Numbered from the stretch's first letter, positions 49,852 to 60,475 are shown. The stretch: 64,000 nucleotides of DNA from an uncultured Bacteroidales bacterium (GCA_964421595.1 CAYQXY010000008.1:2774-66773), one strand, 5' to 3'. Notes: generated by a model from the sequence alone, not told the origin. Numbers and translations are program-made.

Positions 49852-50934
49852 TCACAACCTCGATAGTTCATCAAATAATTCATTAGATACAGGCCTTAAA
49901 AACTCATTATTCCAAAGAATAACGATTCTATTGCTGTCTTTGAATCTTATCATAATATTTGAAGACCCGATACCTGCTCCGCTATGCCCTATTGCTGAAG
50001 CAGTATCTCCATTATCGTGAGGAAGTTCATAAATATTACTCCCATATCCATAAGGGAAATAATGTGGTCCAAAATCTCTGAAAGCTTCTTCAGGCAGGGA
50101 ATGTTTCTGAAACATGATTTCCCAGCTTTCAGGTCTTAATAATTTCTCAGAGCCCAGGGCCACCATAAATTTGTGAAGATCCTCCAATGTAGATTTTGAA
50201 CCTCCATCACCCCTGTAATTGCTGTGGGGAAAGGGTGTTGCAGGACTCCCATCCTGTCGGTAATACACTGGAGCCCCCGGACCGTAAACAGACGTAGAAT
50301 TATATGTGTTTTTCATATTCAGAGGTTTATAAATTTGATCTTGCAGTATATTGTAAAAATCATCATTGTAATATTTCATGATTATTTCCCCTAAAAGAAG
50401 AAACCCTGTATTGCAATAATCATAGCCTGTACCTGGCTCAAAATTCAATCCTAGTTGTGCCATTCTATCCAAAACCTCTCTCTGGGTTATAAAAAAGTCC
50501 AGGTTGCCTTCTAATTGTTCTCTAAAATATCCTTTAAGACCCGAGCGGTGCGACAGCAGTTGATGGATAGTAATATCACCTGCCCTGGGGTGATTAAACC
50601 ATGGTAAATGCTTTGAGACAGGATCGTGTAAAGAAATCAAATCATCTTCTACCAATCGCAAAGTCAATATTGCGGTAAACATTTTTTCCATACTATTAAT
50701 GGTGAACCGGGTCTTACTCGTATTAGGGATCTCCAACGTTCGATCGGCCATTCCAAAGGCATTTTGGTAAATTATATTTTCACCCTCGGCAATAAGCACT
50801 CCCCCATGAATCTTTCCGTCTTCATAGAGTTTTTCTATTATGTCAATAATCCTGGAAAAATGCGTAGTATCCAATTGTGCTGTGGAATTCTGGATGGTTA
50901 GAAGCCAAAAGAAAATATGAATAATATATTTCAT
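49852..50934 (-). CDS. Beta-lactamase-fold serine hydrolase
   Basis: The SxxK motif occurs in FTINSMEKMFTA. Signal peptide present. 360 aa. Confidence 0.75.
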   Translation of the reverse strand: MKYIIHIFFWLLTIQNSTAQLDTTHFSRIIDIIEKLYEDGKIHGGVLIAEGENIIYQNAFGMADRTLEIPNTSKTRFTINSMEKMFTAILTLRLVEDDLISLHDPVSKHLPWFNHPRAGDITIHQLLSHRSGLKGYFREQLEGNLDFFITQREVLDRMAQLGLNFEPGTGYDYCNTGFLLLGEIIMKYYNDDFYNILQDQIYKPLNMKNTYNSTSVYGPGAPVYYRQDGSPATPFPHSNYRGDGGSKSTLEDLHKFMVALGSEKLLRPESWEIMFQKHSLPEEAFRDFGPHYFPYGYGSNIYELPHDNGDTASAIGHSGAGIGSSNIMIRFKDSNRIVILWNNEFLRPVSNELFDELSRL

Positions 50935-50949
50935 CCAAATAATGTTATT

Positions 50950-51058
50950 ATATTAACTACAAGTAATTTATATTTCCATTTGGCCATGCGACGCACCAGA
51001 ACATAATCGGCATAGGTGTGGTAACCCAGCAGCCTTGCCATTTCATGTCGCAGATTTA
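50950..51058 (-). pseudogene. Roughly 110-bp stub of an M3 peptidase (Dcp) paralogue
   Basis: nt 50982-51058 align to 54479-54555 of the intact dcp gene with about 11 mismatches in 77 nt. It encodes ..EMARLLGYHTYADYVLVRRMA, compared with FEMARLLGYDTYADYILERCMA in the intact gene. Confidence 0.75.
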
Positions 51059-51059
51059 C

Positions 51060-51261
51060 TCCGAAAATCATTGGAAAGAAAATTTGGTAATCTATCGTTG
51101 TACCTGTTATCACCCATCCCTGTTGCCCAAAGTGAATGGAAACGCAGGTAACTTTCGGCATAATCATCAAATATTTTTTCTAATTTCTTTGATTCATCTA
51201 AACCAGGCTGGATACATGATAAAAGAATAAAAACAAGGGAAAAAAATGCTATATTTTTCAT
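51060..51261 (-). pseudogene. N-terminal stub of a DUF885-family protein fused to the Dcp stub
   Basis: MKNIAFFSLVFILLSCIQP...IFDDYAESYLRFHSLWATGMGDNRYNDRLPNFLSNDF resembles DUF885 N-termini. The reading frame ends after 72 codons. Confidence 0.5.
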
Positions 51262-51308
51262 AACCCAATATGGTGATTAGTTCATAGTGGATAATTGATT
51301 CTTTTACT

Positions 51309-53219
51309 TTATTCTCCATTTTTCCAAACATTGTCTGCTTTATTTACATCAATGTCATTGTCTCCAAGCGATACCTGTTTTATTTTACCGGCTGATTTAT
51401 AATTTAACGAAATGGTTTCCGGATTACCTTTCCAGATATATGCTGATTTATAATCTTCCAGAATTTCACCATTTTCAAACTCAGCTTTTAATGCAACAGG
51501 CAACGGTAATTTTCCGGGATTGGAAATCAAAACTTCAATATTATCCTTGTCTTGTTTAACATTTTCAATTCTCAGATCAGTTGCACTGAATTCGAAATAC
51601 CAGGGGTTCCAGTACCAGCTTAAATCCTCACCCAGCAATTCTTCCATTGTGAAAAAATAATCATAAGATATAGGATGCTTGTATTTCCATCGTTCCATAA
51701 ACTTTTTTAACGGATTGGGAATCCCCTGTTCTTCTAAAATGTCAAACAGGTATGCGAACGCCGCTGATGATTTTGCATAATAATTAAATCCCACACCGCG
51801 AACGTTCATGTAGCTGGATGGAGTGTGGAGTGGAATGTCATTTTCCGAGTTCCAAATTAATTCTCCCCCTGAAGGAATTGAAAGCCCCAAGCTTTTTAAA
51901 AACGAATGGCTGATATATGTAACCCATCCTTCATCCATCCATGCATATTTTTCTTCATTGGTAAGGATAAAAAAAGGAAAATAGGAATGGGCAATTTCAT
52001 GTGCTGTCAGGTCCACCATTATAACAGAATCCGAAGGCAACCCATTGGCGGCCATCATCGGAAATTCCATTCCGCCGGGATTTCTCTGAGTAAAAAATGT
52101 AGTTTGTTTTTGAAAAGGAAAGGGTATTCCCGGGAATTCGGTGGAAAAGTAATGAATGGATTGTTTTGCTGTTTCTGCAACTGTTTTGTACTCGTTTGTA
52201 TCAGGATGATAAACTACATTGACCCAGGTACGGCTGTTGTTTATTGTATCAGTAACCACACTGGTTGCATCCCATATGGAATTATTGCTTACAGCAAACG
52301 CAAAATCAGTTACTTTTTCGGCCTTAAAATGCCAGATGTGTGACATATTCTTTTGAATAACATTATTTTTCTTTAAATCCTCTTTAGATATTAATTGCAC
52401 AATTTCATCTGCCTGTTTCGATTCTTCAACTTTTGCAATAAATTCTGTATGATATATTTCCTCCGGGTTCTGTAAATCTCCTGTTGCCCAAACCAGATAT
52501 TCCACCGGAATTTCGAGGTATACGTCGAAATGTGAAACATCGTTGTAGGTTTCCTGTATCCCTGTAAAAAAAGCATTGTCCCATCCAATTAAATCATCGT
52601 AAACTACAATTTGTGGAAACCAGTACCCGATAAAAAATGCAGAATCGTTTGATCTTCCGAATCTATGTTCAAACTGATAGGGTATTTCTAAGCTCCATTC
52701 AACTTCAATTTTTGTTGTAGAATGAGGTAAAATAAATTGAGAACTATCAATATGTAGCTGCATTCCTGTGGCAAAAAATCTTAATTTCTCTTGATTGTCC
52801 AAATGAATAGTGTCATTTTCAAAAACTACAGAGTGGATCGATACACCATCAGTTAAATTTTGTTCTAAAACAGGAAAATCTCGCATGGCACCTTTTTTAT
52901 ACATATTTTGTTTCAGCATAAACCTGATGAAATTTAGGGTATCAGGACTGTTGTTTTGATATTCAATTATTTCCTTACCGGTTATTTTTACGCTATCCGG
53001 GTCAAAACGGGCATTGATAGTATAGCTGGCTGAATTTTGCCAGTATTTTGGTCCGGGATTTCCATCCCATGAACGGGATTGATTATCATAAGCTTTTCTT
53101 ATCTCTTTTGTCATATATAATTTTTCTGACTGGGAAAAGCTTTGAAGAGAAAGAAAAAATATAATCATTGATGTAATGGCCAACTTATATTTCATGTTTC
53201 TAAGTGTTGTGATTAACAT
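51309..53219 (-). CDS. M1-family zinc metallopeptidase
   Basis: HEIAHSYF...WMDEGW gives HExxH-X18-E. Signal peptide present. An alternative start, MKYKLAIT, is at 53195. Confidence 0.8.
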   Translation of the reverse strand: MLITTLRNMKYKLAITSMIIFFLSLQSFSQSEKLYMTKEIRKAYDNQSRSWDGNPGPKYWQNSASYTINARFDPDSVKITGKEIIEYQNNSPDTLNFIRFMLKQNMYKKGAMRDFPVLEQNLTDGVSIHSVVFENDTIHLDNQEKLRFFATGMQLHIDSSQFILPHSTTKIEVEWSLEIPYQFEHRFGRSNDSAFFIGYWFPQIVVYDDLIGWDNAFFTGIQETYNDVSHFDVYLEIPVEYLVWATGDLQNPEEIYHTEFIAKVEESKQADEIVQLISKEDLKKNNVIQKNMSHIWHFKAEKVTDFAFAVSNNSIWDATSVVTDTINNSRTWVNVVYHPDTNEYKTVAETAKQSIHYFSTEFPGIPFPFQKQTTFFTQRNPGGMEFPMMAANGLPSDSVIMVDLTAHEIAHSYFPFFILTNEEKYAWMDEGWVTYISHSFLKSLGLSIPSGGELIWNSENDIPLHTPSSYMNVRGVGFNYYAKSSAAFAYLFDILEEQGIPNPLKKFMERWKYKHPISYDYFFTMEELLGEDLSWYWNPWYFEFSATDLRIENVKQDKDNIEVLISNPGKLPLPVALKAEFENGEILEDYKSAYIWKGNPETISLNYKSAGKIKQVSLGDNDIDVNKADNVWKNGE

Positions 53220-53310
53220 TTATAATTTTAAGAAACTCATCATTGTTTGGCCAATTACTTATTCTGATGTTTCAACAGGCCATAAATAGCTGCCACCTAT
53301 TTATAAAATC

Positions 53311-55398
53311 CTACTTCAACCCGCTGCGTTCCAGAAGTGCATCAACGGTTGGTTCCTGCCCGCGGAATCGCTTGTAAAGCACCATTGGGTGTTCGGTGCC
53401 GCCTTTTTCAAGGATGTGCTCTCTTAATGACTGGGCTACTTCCTTGTTGAACAGGCCTTTTTCCTTAAACAGGCTGAAAGCATCGGCATCAAGCACCTGG
53501 GCCCACTGATAACCGTAGAAACCGGCGGCATAACCTCCGGCAAAGATGTGTTGGAACTGGGTGCTCAATGCTATCTGATCAATAACCGGAAATATCTGTG
53601 TTTTTTTCCATGCCTCCTCCTCGAACTGTTTTACATCGCCGTCAAATGGTTCCCTTTGCGTGTGCCAGGCCATATCGAGCAGACCACCACCCATCTGGCT
53701 CATAATAAAGTATCCGGCCTGGAAATTTTCGGATGCCTTGATACTTTCCACCAGATTGGATGGAATGGGTTCCCCGGTTTCGTAGTGGCGGGCAAAACTG
53801 TCGAGAAACTCTTTCTCAACGGCCCAATTCTCTAATAGTTGAGATGGAAGTTCAATAAAGTCGCGCCAAACACTAAGACCTGAAAGGCTGGCATAATCTG
53901 AATTGGCAAAAATTCCGTGCAGGGCATGCCCGAACTCGTGCAGAAAAATTTCCATTTCTTTGAAGGTAAGAAGTGCAGGTCTGGTTTCGGTGGGGCGCGT
54001 AAAATTCATAACGATGATAATGTGCGGTCTTGAATTTCTGCCATCCTCTATCCACTGTCTCTTGAACATACCCATCCGGGCACCTTCCCGCTTGCCTGGG
54101 CGCGGGTGAAAATCAGCATACAGTACCGATAAAAATGAACCGTCCTTGTCGTACACTTCGTATGGAATGACTTCTTCGTGGTAAACCGGTATTTCCCTGT
54201 TTTCAGTGAAAGTGATGCCAAAGAGTTCTGTGGCAAGTCCAAAAACTCCGTCAATAACGTTTTTCAGCTCAAAATAGGGTTTCAGCATTTCATCGTTTAT
54301 GTTGAACTTTTCTTCTTTCAGCTTTTCACTGTAATAGAGGCGATCCCAAGGCATAATTTCTTCAGAAAACCCAATTTTTTCTGCAAACTTCTGTAACTCT
54401 TCTTTATCTTTCTGAGCCATTTTATAAGAAGTTTCATACAAATCGTCCAGCAGTTTGTAAACGCCCTCCGTATTCATGGCCATGCAGCGCTCCAGAATAT
54501 AATCGGCGTAGGTGTCGTAACCTAGCAGCCTGGCCATTTCAAATCGCAGATTTACAATTTTTATAATGTTGTCCTGATTGTCGAGTTCATCGCCTTTAAA
54601 CGATTTCGACATGTTGGCAAGAAATAGTTCTTCTCGCAAATCGCGGTTTTCGGCATTTCTCAACACTGGTATGAAGCTGGGTACGGTGAGGTCAAACACC
54701 CAGCCTTCTTTATCCATGCTCTTTGCCTTTTGTGCTGCGGCTTCAAGTTCACTGGCGGGCAAACCCGCCAGCTTGCTCTTATCGGTAATGTGCATTTCGT
54801 ACCTGTTGGTTTCCTTCAGCACGTTTTCACCGAACATAAGGGACAGCTGTGATAATTCGGTACTGATTTCTCTGAATCTTTCCTTTTCGGCCTCCGAAAG
54901 ACTGGCTCCCTGACGAACGAAATCAGTGTAGGTTTTTTCCACCAGGGTTTGCTGTTCCGGGGTGAGATTCAGCCCATCCTTTTTATTATAAACGGCTTTA
55001 ATGCGTTCAAAAAGTAACGGATTCAGCTTAATATCGTTTTGAAATATAGTTAGTTTTGGAGAAACTTCCCGGGCAAGCTGCTGCAGTTCATCATTAGTTT
55101 CGGCATTAAGCAGGTTAAAAAAAATGAGTGCTATGCGGTCCAGTAATTTTCCCGAGCGTTCCAGTTGTTCAATCGTATTTTCAAAAGTGGGAGAAGCCGG
55201 ATTATCAGTCACTGCTTTCACTTCAGCCTCTCCTTGTTTTATGGCTTCTTCAAAGGCGGGTAAAAAATGTTCAGTTTTGATTATATCAAACGGAGCCGTT
55301 TCATGAGGTGTATTAAATTCCTGAAGCAACGGATTATCCTGTGCAATAACCATCACCGAAAACAGACTTATAACAATTATTAGCTTTATTTTTTTCAT
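53311..55398 (-). CDS. dcp: M3-family peptidyl-dipeptidase (Dcp-like)
   Basis: It has the HEFGHALH zinc motif, is about 695 aa and has a signal peptide. The listed start at 55404 is a TTG; the ATG at 55398 (MKKIKLIIV) is preferred. Confidence 0.85.
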   Translation of the reverse strand: MKKIKLIIVISLFSVMVIAQDNPLLQEFNTPHETAPFDIIKTEHFLPAFEEAIKQGEAEVKAVTDNPASPTFENTIEQLERSGKLLDRIALIFFNLLNAETNDELQQLAREVSPKLTIFQNDIKLNPLLFERIKAVYNKKDGLNLTPEQQTLVEKTYTDFVRQGASLSEAEKERFREISTELSQLSLMFGENVLKETNRYEMHITDKSKLAGLPASELEAAAQKAKSMDKEGWVFDLTVPSFIPVLRNAENRDLREELFLANMSKSFKGDELDNQDNIIKIVNLRFEMARLLGYDTYADYILERCMAMNTEGVYKLLDDLYETSYKMAQKDKEELQKFAEKIGFSEEIMPWDRLYYSEKLKEEKFNINDEMLKPYFELKNVIDGVFGLATELFGITFTENREIPVYHEEVIPYEVYDKDGSFLSVLYADFHPRPGKREGARMGMFKRQWIEDGRNSRPHIIIVMNFTRPTETRPALLTFKEMEIFLHEFGHALHGIFANSDYASLSGLSVWRDFIELPSQLLENWAVEKEFLDSFARHYETGEPIPSNLVESIKASENFQAGYFIMSQMGGGLLDMAWHTQREPFDGDVKQFEEEAWKKTQIFPVIDQIALSTQFQHIFAGGYAAGFYGYQWAQVLDADAFSLFKEKGLFNKEVAQSLREHILEKGGTEHPMVLYKRFRGQEPTVDALLERSGLK

Positions 55399-55406
55399 TT
55401 TCAATG

Positions 55407-55757
55407 CTATTTAAATTTATTATAGTCGTATTGAAAGATTATGATCTTCGAGACGACAGGATATAAATAGGTGTCTATGGCAAATTCGATAATGAGTTTT
55501 TTGTGAATTACATGTGGGCACATAAAAATTACACCTTTGGCAGGTTCCCACTCAGCGACGACGCGATTTTTATTGAAGTGATAAAAATCAGATGGTTTAG
55601 ATGTGTCAACAGTATCCTTTTTGATACCAGAGGAGAATAAAAATAAAACTGCGAAAAAAGCGGTAGCTATAAATGGTAATATATTTTTAACAACAACCGG
55701 ATAACCGGTTAGTTTACTGCAGGTAAAACTTCTTAGTATGGCTGATTTTACTTTCAC
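55407..55757 (-). pseudogene. Possible N-terminal stub of an agmatine-deiminase / PAD-family protein
   Basis: VVAEWEPAKGVIFMCPH resembles the conserved (M)PAEWEPH..WP H start of that family. The ORF is only 116 aa and ends 2 nt before the listed dcp ORF (55404), or 8 nt before the preferred ATG at 55398. Confidence 0.3.
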
Positions 55758-55899
55758 ATCAAAGGTGCATTATCCTGATAAAGTGAGAATGCATTTCCTT
55801 GTATCAAATAGCCAGATTATTCAGCCTTATAAAATTAAATCTTAATTAGATTAATTAAAAAAAATATAATTAAAAATTTGTTATTAATTGTTGTAGTTG

Positions 55900-56090
55900 T
55901 TTAGGAGACAAACAGATTTGTAAACAGTGTTGATAAATGCTGATTATGAGTTAATTTTGCGAGATAATTTCCATACGACCTGATGTTTGAGCAAAAAGAG
56001 TCGTTACAGATAATGAGGTGACGAAGAAAGAAATGAAAGTGTTTTAATCGGATTATAGCTTTATGGGTAAACTTTCGTTCTGTCATTACC
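55900..56090 (-). pseudogene. Degenerate copy of the shared promoter / signal-peptide / N-module, with the start codon lost
   Basis: 55990-56085 (gcaaaaagagtcgttacagataatgaggtgacgaagaaagaaatgaaagtgttttaatcgg..ctttatgggtaaac) aligns with 59036-59115 (gcgaaaaaagttgttacagataaaaagaggatgaagaaaagagatgtaggtgttttcatagg..atttatgggcaaac). CAT has become AAT at the start codon. Confidence 0.6.
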
Positions 56091-56209
56091 TAATAAATAT
56101 CCATTGCGAATAGTTCGTCAAATAAGACCTAACTTTCTTACCAGATTTTTTTCTAATGGCAGTTCTTACAGACAGAAATATTAACTTATGGTTTTTAATC
56201 TAAGAATAG

Positions 56210-57076
56210 TCAAAATGTTTCAGATACCAACATTTTCTTATTCGCAAAAAAATATTTATTGTCTGCAATAATTATAACAATCGCTGCCATCATAAACACT
56301 AACATGATTATGAGATATCCATACTGGGTGTATAATACCGGGAATATCCAGAAAAACAAATTCATTTGTGTATGCAGAACCAGCGCTGCCAGGATACTTC
56401 CGTTTGTTTTGTAAAGTATCCAGGTATACATAAAATTGGCGGACATCACTGTCAGAATAAAAGACCAGACAGGGGTTACATAAAACATACCTGTAAGATC
56501 TTTTGGAACCAGAAATTGTGGCCAGTGCCAGATTGCCCAAAAGAATCCAAGAATTATGGAAGAATAAAATGGAGAGAATTTATTCAGTAATCGGGGAAGG
56601 GCATAGCCTCTCCAGCCAAATTCTTCCTGAAAAGGTCCCGAAGTAAACATTACAGCGAAAAAAATAAACGGAATAAAATAATACATTCCGGCTGCTTCAG
56701 ATGTCGGTCTGTCTTGATCAAAAAGTATACTTATGTAATAAGAAAATATGATTAATAATGGAAATACCAGAAATATAAAAAGCCACCATTTAGCTTCAAA
56801 ATCTTTATCCAATCCTCTTTTAAATAGTTTTTTGAGCCCTGACTTTCCTGACTCTTTCAATGTAAGAATTATTGCAGCTACCAGGGGTCCCAATGAACCA
56901 ATGACCCCGAGGCTGGTAAAGAATGATGAAGGCAGGGTGCCCCTTTTTGCAAGTGCATCAGGAATCCAGAATGCCCATGTAAATAAAAAAGAAATTAAGA
57001 AGAACAGAATTAAGTTACTGGAAATGCCTGACACTTTCATTGAATTACTTTTGTTATTATTGATAGCAGATCTCAC
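56210..57076 (-). CDS. CPBP-family (CAAX/Abi) intramembrane glutamic endopeptidase
   Basis: It is polytopic, with motifs FQEEFGWRGYALPRL and FWAIWHWPQF. It starts 12 nt after the upstream serine hydrolase stop. An alternative start, MKVSGISS, is at 57040. Confidence 0.8.
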   Translation of the reverse strand: MRSAINNNKSNSMKVSGISSNLILFFLISFLFTWAFWIPDALAKRGTLPSSFFTSLGVIGSLGPLVAAIILTLKESGKSGLKKLFKRGLDKDFEAKWWLFIFLVFPLLIIFSYYISILFDQDRPTSEAAGMYYFIPFIFFAVMFTSGPFQEEFGWRGYALPRLLNKFSPFYSSIILGFFWAIWHWPQFLVPKDLTGMFYVTPVWSFILTVMSANFMYTWILYKTNGSILAALVLHTQMNLFFWIFPVLYTQYGYLIIMLVFMMAAIVIIIADNKYFFANKKMLVSETF

Positions 57077-57088
57077 TTCTCGATCAGT

Positions 57089-59092
57089 TCAAAAACGAGC
57101 TCTCAAAAACAGCACATCCCGGGTGCGGCCGCTGGAGGCGTTGAAACCGGTAATTTCTCCGTTTTCATTTCGTAAAAAGTTAACCGAAGTTAGAGGAAAT
57201 TCTGATCCGAACGTATCTTCAGAGGTAGCACTGAGTTCCAGGTCGTCATCCATCTGGTAGTTCTCTATGTACAGGCTGCCTTCTTTCAACACAACAGTGT
57301 AAAGGGTTTCAATCTCCTCGCTGTAATAGCGTCCGGCATACTCTTCCATCTTTTCCGGTTCTAACATAAACTCAATCTTCCTTGCGATGTGGTTTCCGTT
57401 TTGATGGAGGGTGAGAGAATCTGCTGTGGCATCATCGTTCAAATGAAAGGTGACAGAAGCAGGCACTCCGACGATGCTGAAGGTGGAGTCGGATGTTGCA
57501 GACAGATCTACTTCCGGCTGATTTGTTGCCTGTGTGTAGATACGGTCTCCGTCGCGGGAAAAAGTAAGGATAAATCCGGGCATAGCATCCATCTCATACC
57601 GGCCGGTCAGCAGGTCAAAATTTGCAGATTCATATACAAACTCTTCCCCGGTAAGGGATATTTCTTCTTCCTGCTCTTCAGGCTCCTCTCCGTTTTCCAG
57701 GTACTCCTCTAAAAAGAGATCTGCAAGCTGGTTTGTGATACCAAAGATGTAAGAGGCATTATTGCTCTGTGTTACCACGGCAGCATTAATACCGGGGAAC
57801 ATCATCAACATTGATCGATGCGCCATATCTGCACCACCGTGATGATAATACGATATTCCCTTATATTCCTGAATATACAACCCAAGTCCGTACTCCGTAA
57901 ATGACCCGTCATTTAATTCAAAAGGTGTTGTCATCTCGTCAATCATGGAGGCAGTTCCAACAGTCGGGTTATTCATATTTTTGATCCATTTGGCCAGATC
58001 ACCCATTGTTGAGTGGATGCCACCTGCACCGGCCGCTCCGCCGAGGTCGGTCACCTCTCTATACCCACCCTCGTTATCAGGTGCATATCCTGCCGACCGG
58101 TTTTTTACGATCTGATTCGGGCTGGTGCGTACTACGGTGTTATGCATTTCCAAAGGCCCAAACACATTCTGTTTCATCCACTCCGGAAAAGGTGTACCGG
58201 TAACCCGGTTGATCACTTCGGTTATAAGGGCAAAGCCTGTGTTGTTGTAATTAAATTCACTACCGGGAACATTCTGTAGTTCGGGCTGACGCTGAACAAT
58301 TTTAATAATCTTTTCTATGTCAAGGTCAGTGCTCACATTACGGCCGCTCATTGCAACCAGATTGATGAACTCGCGGTATCCGCTGGTATGGTTCACCAAA
58401 TGCCTGAGTGTAACGGTGTGGTCAAATTCCGGAAGTTCGGGGATGTATTCACGTATATCATCATCTAGAGAGAGTTTGCCTTCTTCCTGCAGCAGCAATA
58501 GTCCAAATGTAAGAAACTGTTTAGAGGTAGAGCCGATGTTGTGAACGGTGTTTTCATCCATAGGAATACCATGGGTGAGATTGCTCATACCATAATTTTT
58601 AAGGAAATGTATCTCACCTTCTTTAATTACCATCACTGCCGCACCGGGAACGTCTTCTCCGGTATAATGCAGCATCAACTGATCTGTGCGTCCGGCCGGA
58701 TCAGCGGCCAGCGGTTCAGCAATGGAAACAAGGATAGTATAATCACCCTCTTCCTCTTCAAAAGGGGATACCTCAATTCGGTACACTCCACCAGATTTGG
58801 TTACAAACTGAAAGGATTCCTTTCCCCGGGCAGGTCCATCAAACTCTCCGGTTTTGACGCCTTCCGGGTCAAAAACAGTTACTACCACATCGACAGATTC
58901 CTGGTTGACAAACCCATAAACGATATGATCTGGCTCAAGCTCTATATTATAGGCATGAACACTTCCGGAAGTGAGCGATTTCTGAATGCTATAACCAACA
59001 GTTATAACTGTTTCTGTGCGGTCTGATGTCTGGGCGAAAAAAGTTGTTACAGATAAAAAGAGGATGAAGAAAAGAGATGTAGGTGTTTTCAT
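57089..59092 (-). CDS. Secreted beta-lactamase-fold serine hydrolase with an N-terminal beta-sandwich module and a C-terminal domain
   Basis: SxxK occurs in IGSTSKQFLTFGLL. Signal peptide MKTPTSLFFILFLSVTTFFAQ. The N-module is HAYNIELEPDHIVYGFVNQESVDVVVTVFDPEG..YRIEVSPFEEEEGDYTILV. Confidence 0.8.
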   Translation of the reverse strand: MKTPTSLFFILFLSVTTFFAQTSDRTETVITVGYSIQKSLTSGSVHAYNIELEPDHIVYGFVNQESVDVVVTVFDPEGVKTGEFDGPARGKESFQFVTKSGGVYRIEVSPFEEEEGDYTILVSIAEPLAADPAGRTDQLMLHYTGEDVPGAAVMVIKEGEIHFLKNYGMSNLTHGIPMDENTVHNIGSTSKQFLTFGLLLLQEEGKLSLDDDIREYIPELPEFDHTVTLRHLVNHTSGYREFINLVAMSGRNVSTDLDIEKIIKIVQRQPELQNVPGSEFNYNNTGFALITEVINRVTGTPFPEWMKQNVFGPLEMHNTVVRTSPNQIVKNRSAGYAPDNEGGYREVTDLGGAAGAGGIHSTMGDLAKWIKNMNNPTVGTASMIDEMTTPFELNDGSFTEYGLGLYIQEYKGISYYHHGGADMAHRSMLMMFPGINAAVVTQSNNASYIFGITNQLADLFLEEYLENGEEPEEQEEEISLTGEEFVYESANFDLLTGRYEMDAMPGFILTFSRDGDRIYTQATNQPEVDLSATSDSTFSIVGVPASVTFHLNDDATADSLTLHQNGNHIARKIEFMLEPEKMEEYAGRYYSEEIETLYTVVLKEGSLYIENYQMDDDLELSATSEDTFGSEFPLTSVNFLRNENGEITGFNASSGRTRDVLFLRARF

Positions 59093-59099
59093 AGGTTGA

Positions 59100-59107
59100 C
59101 AAATTTA
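59100..59107 (-). promoter_or_regulatory. TAAATTTG box 7 nt upstream of the ATG (shared cassette promoter)
   Basis: The minus strand reads CCCATAAATTTGTCAACCTATGAAAAC. Confidence 0.45.
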
Positions 59108-59249
59108 TGGGCAAACATTCTGCATAAACTATTGAACAATCACAAATGAATAACCCGTGTTATCGGTAATTTTTCAAAACATAGAATTTAATGAACAAAC
59201 ATTGAATAACCTTTATTCGATAATTTTATGTCTTAACAAATATTCTTTA

Positions 59250-60317
59250 CTAAAGGTATCCATAAAATTGATTATGATAATCTTTTTTCTTCCACATTTT
59301 GCTATTAAACACAAAAAACAGCATTAAAATAATTGCAAGAACAGTCATTACAACAGGAGAGTAACTGATAAATCCACTACTAAAATTTATCGATGTGTGT
59401 AAAATTATGAGTGTAAGAATTGAATATTCCGATCTATTATAAAACCAGGTAAAAAGTATCGTAACAGGTATAGCCTGGATGAATCTTGGCAGTAAGTCAA
59501 TAAATCCACCTGTTGAATAAAGCCCATTATAATGCAAAGGCAAATGCCAAAGAGCCCAAAAAAAAGCAATAACAAGTGATGTAAAAAGTGGATTGGTTAA
59601 CTTTTGCAATTCTTTTTGCATGAATCCACGCCAACCAAATTCTTCATTTCCTCCGGTAAAGAAAAAAGTAGTAAAAAAAGGAATGACTACAAAATAAAAA
59701 GGAAAGTTAATACCTGTAGCTTCACTCTTTTCGATGTTAATCAAATCAGCCACAAAATAACTTGTAATAAAAAGCAAAGGAAAAAGCAAAAGAGCAAATA
59801 TATACCAACCTATATAATCAGGTTTAAATTTAAGTGTTTTGAAAAAGTTTTCTCTGATATGGCTATCACTCACTTTGCTAAATCCCAATGCGGGAATCAA
59901 TGCTAAAAGCAGATATAAAGCCCATCCTACCCAGGTGATGTCTTTGAAAGCAGGCATCAGTCCTTTTAAATAGGGTATATATTCTATGTAATAATTACCT
60001 GCTTCCTTTGATGAAAGTAAAATTCTGAAAAAAAGTACCGTAAATGCGAAAATCAAAATGGAATAGAATACCGGTTTACTCCCTATTTTGATTCGGGCCT
60101 CTGATTGAATTGCCAATACTATAAACGCGGAAATCATTGGACCGAACATCCCCAAAAGTATCAGAAAGAAAACTATTTCAGTTGAAAACGATGTAATTAC
60201 AGGTAAAAACCAACTTATATAGCTAATAGCATAAGTCAGAATCAGATAACTTATAATTGAATACTTTTGGACAAAAATTTTCATAGCGTAAATAGCATAT
60301 AGGTTAATCTTTGGCAA
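59250..60317 (-). CDS. CPBP-family (CAAX/Abi) intramembrane glutamic endopeptidase
   Basis: It is polytopic, with motifs GNEEFGWRGFMQKEL and FWALWHLPLH. The likely start, MKIFVQKY, is at 60284. Confidence 0.8.
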   Translation of the reverse strand: MPKINLYAIYAMKIFVQKYSIISYLILTYAISYISWFLPVITSFSTEIVFFLILLGMFGPMISAFIVLAIQSEARIKIGSKPVFYSILIFAFTVLFFRILLSSKEAGNYYIEYIPYLKGLMPAFKDITWVGWALYLLLALIPALGFSKVSDSHIRENFFKTLKFKPDYIGWYIFALLLFPLLFITSYFVADLINIEKSEATGINFPFYFVVIPFFTTFFFTGGNEEFGWRGFMQKELQKLTNPLFTSLVIAFFWALWHLPLHYNGLYSTGGFIDLLPRFIQAIPVTILFTWFYNRSEYSILTLIILHTSINFSSGFISYSPVVMTVLAIILMLFFVFNSKMWKKKDYHNQFYGYL

Positions 60318-60475
60318 CCTAACTCGGGTAAACTCTTATATTATGTTGTCAATCAGTGAAAACTCCATCGTTCCGATTTTGCATGAGAATATGGTACCCC
60401 TTCGAGTGTGATTGCGAGATATTCATATGAAATTATCAATCTATCACGCCTTGTGATCAAATGCGAACACATTGC

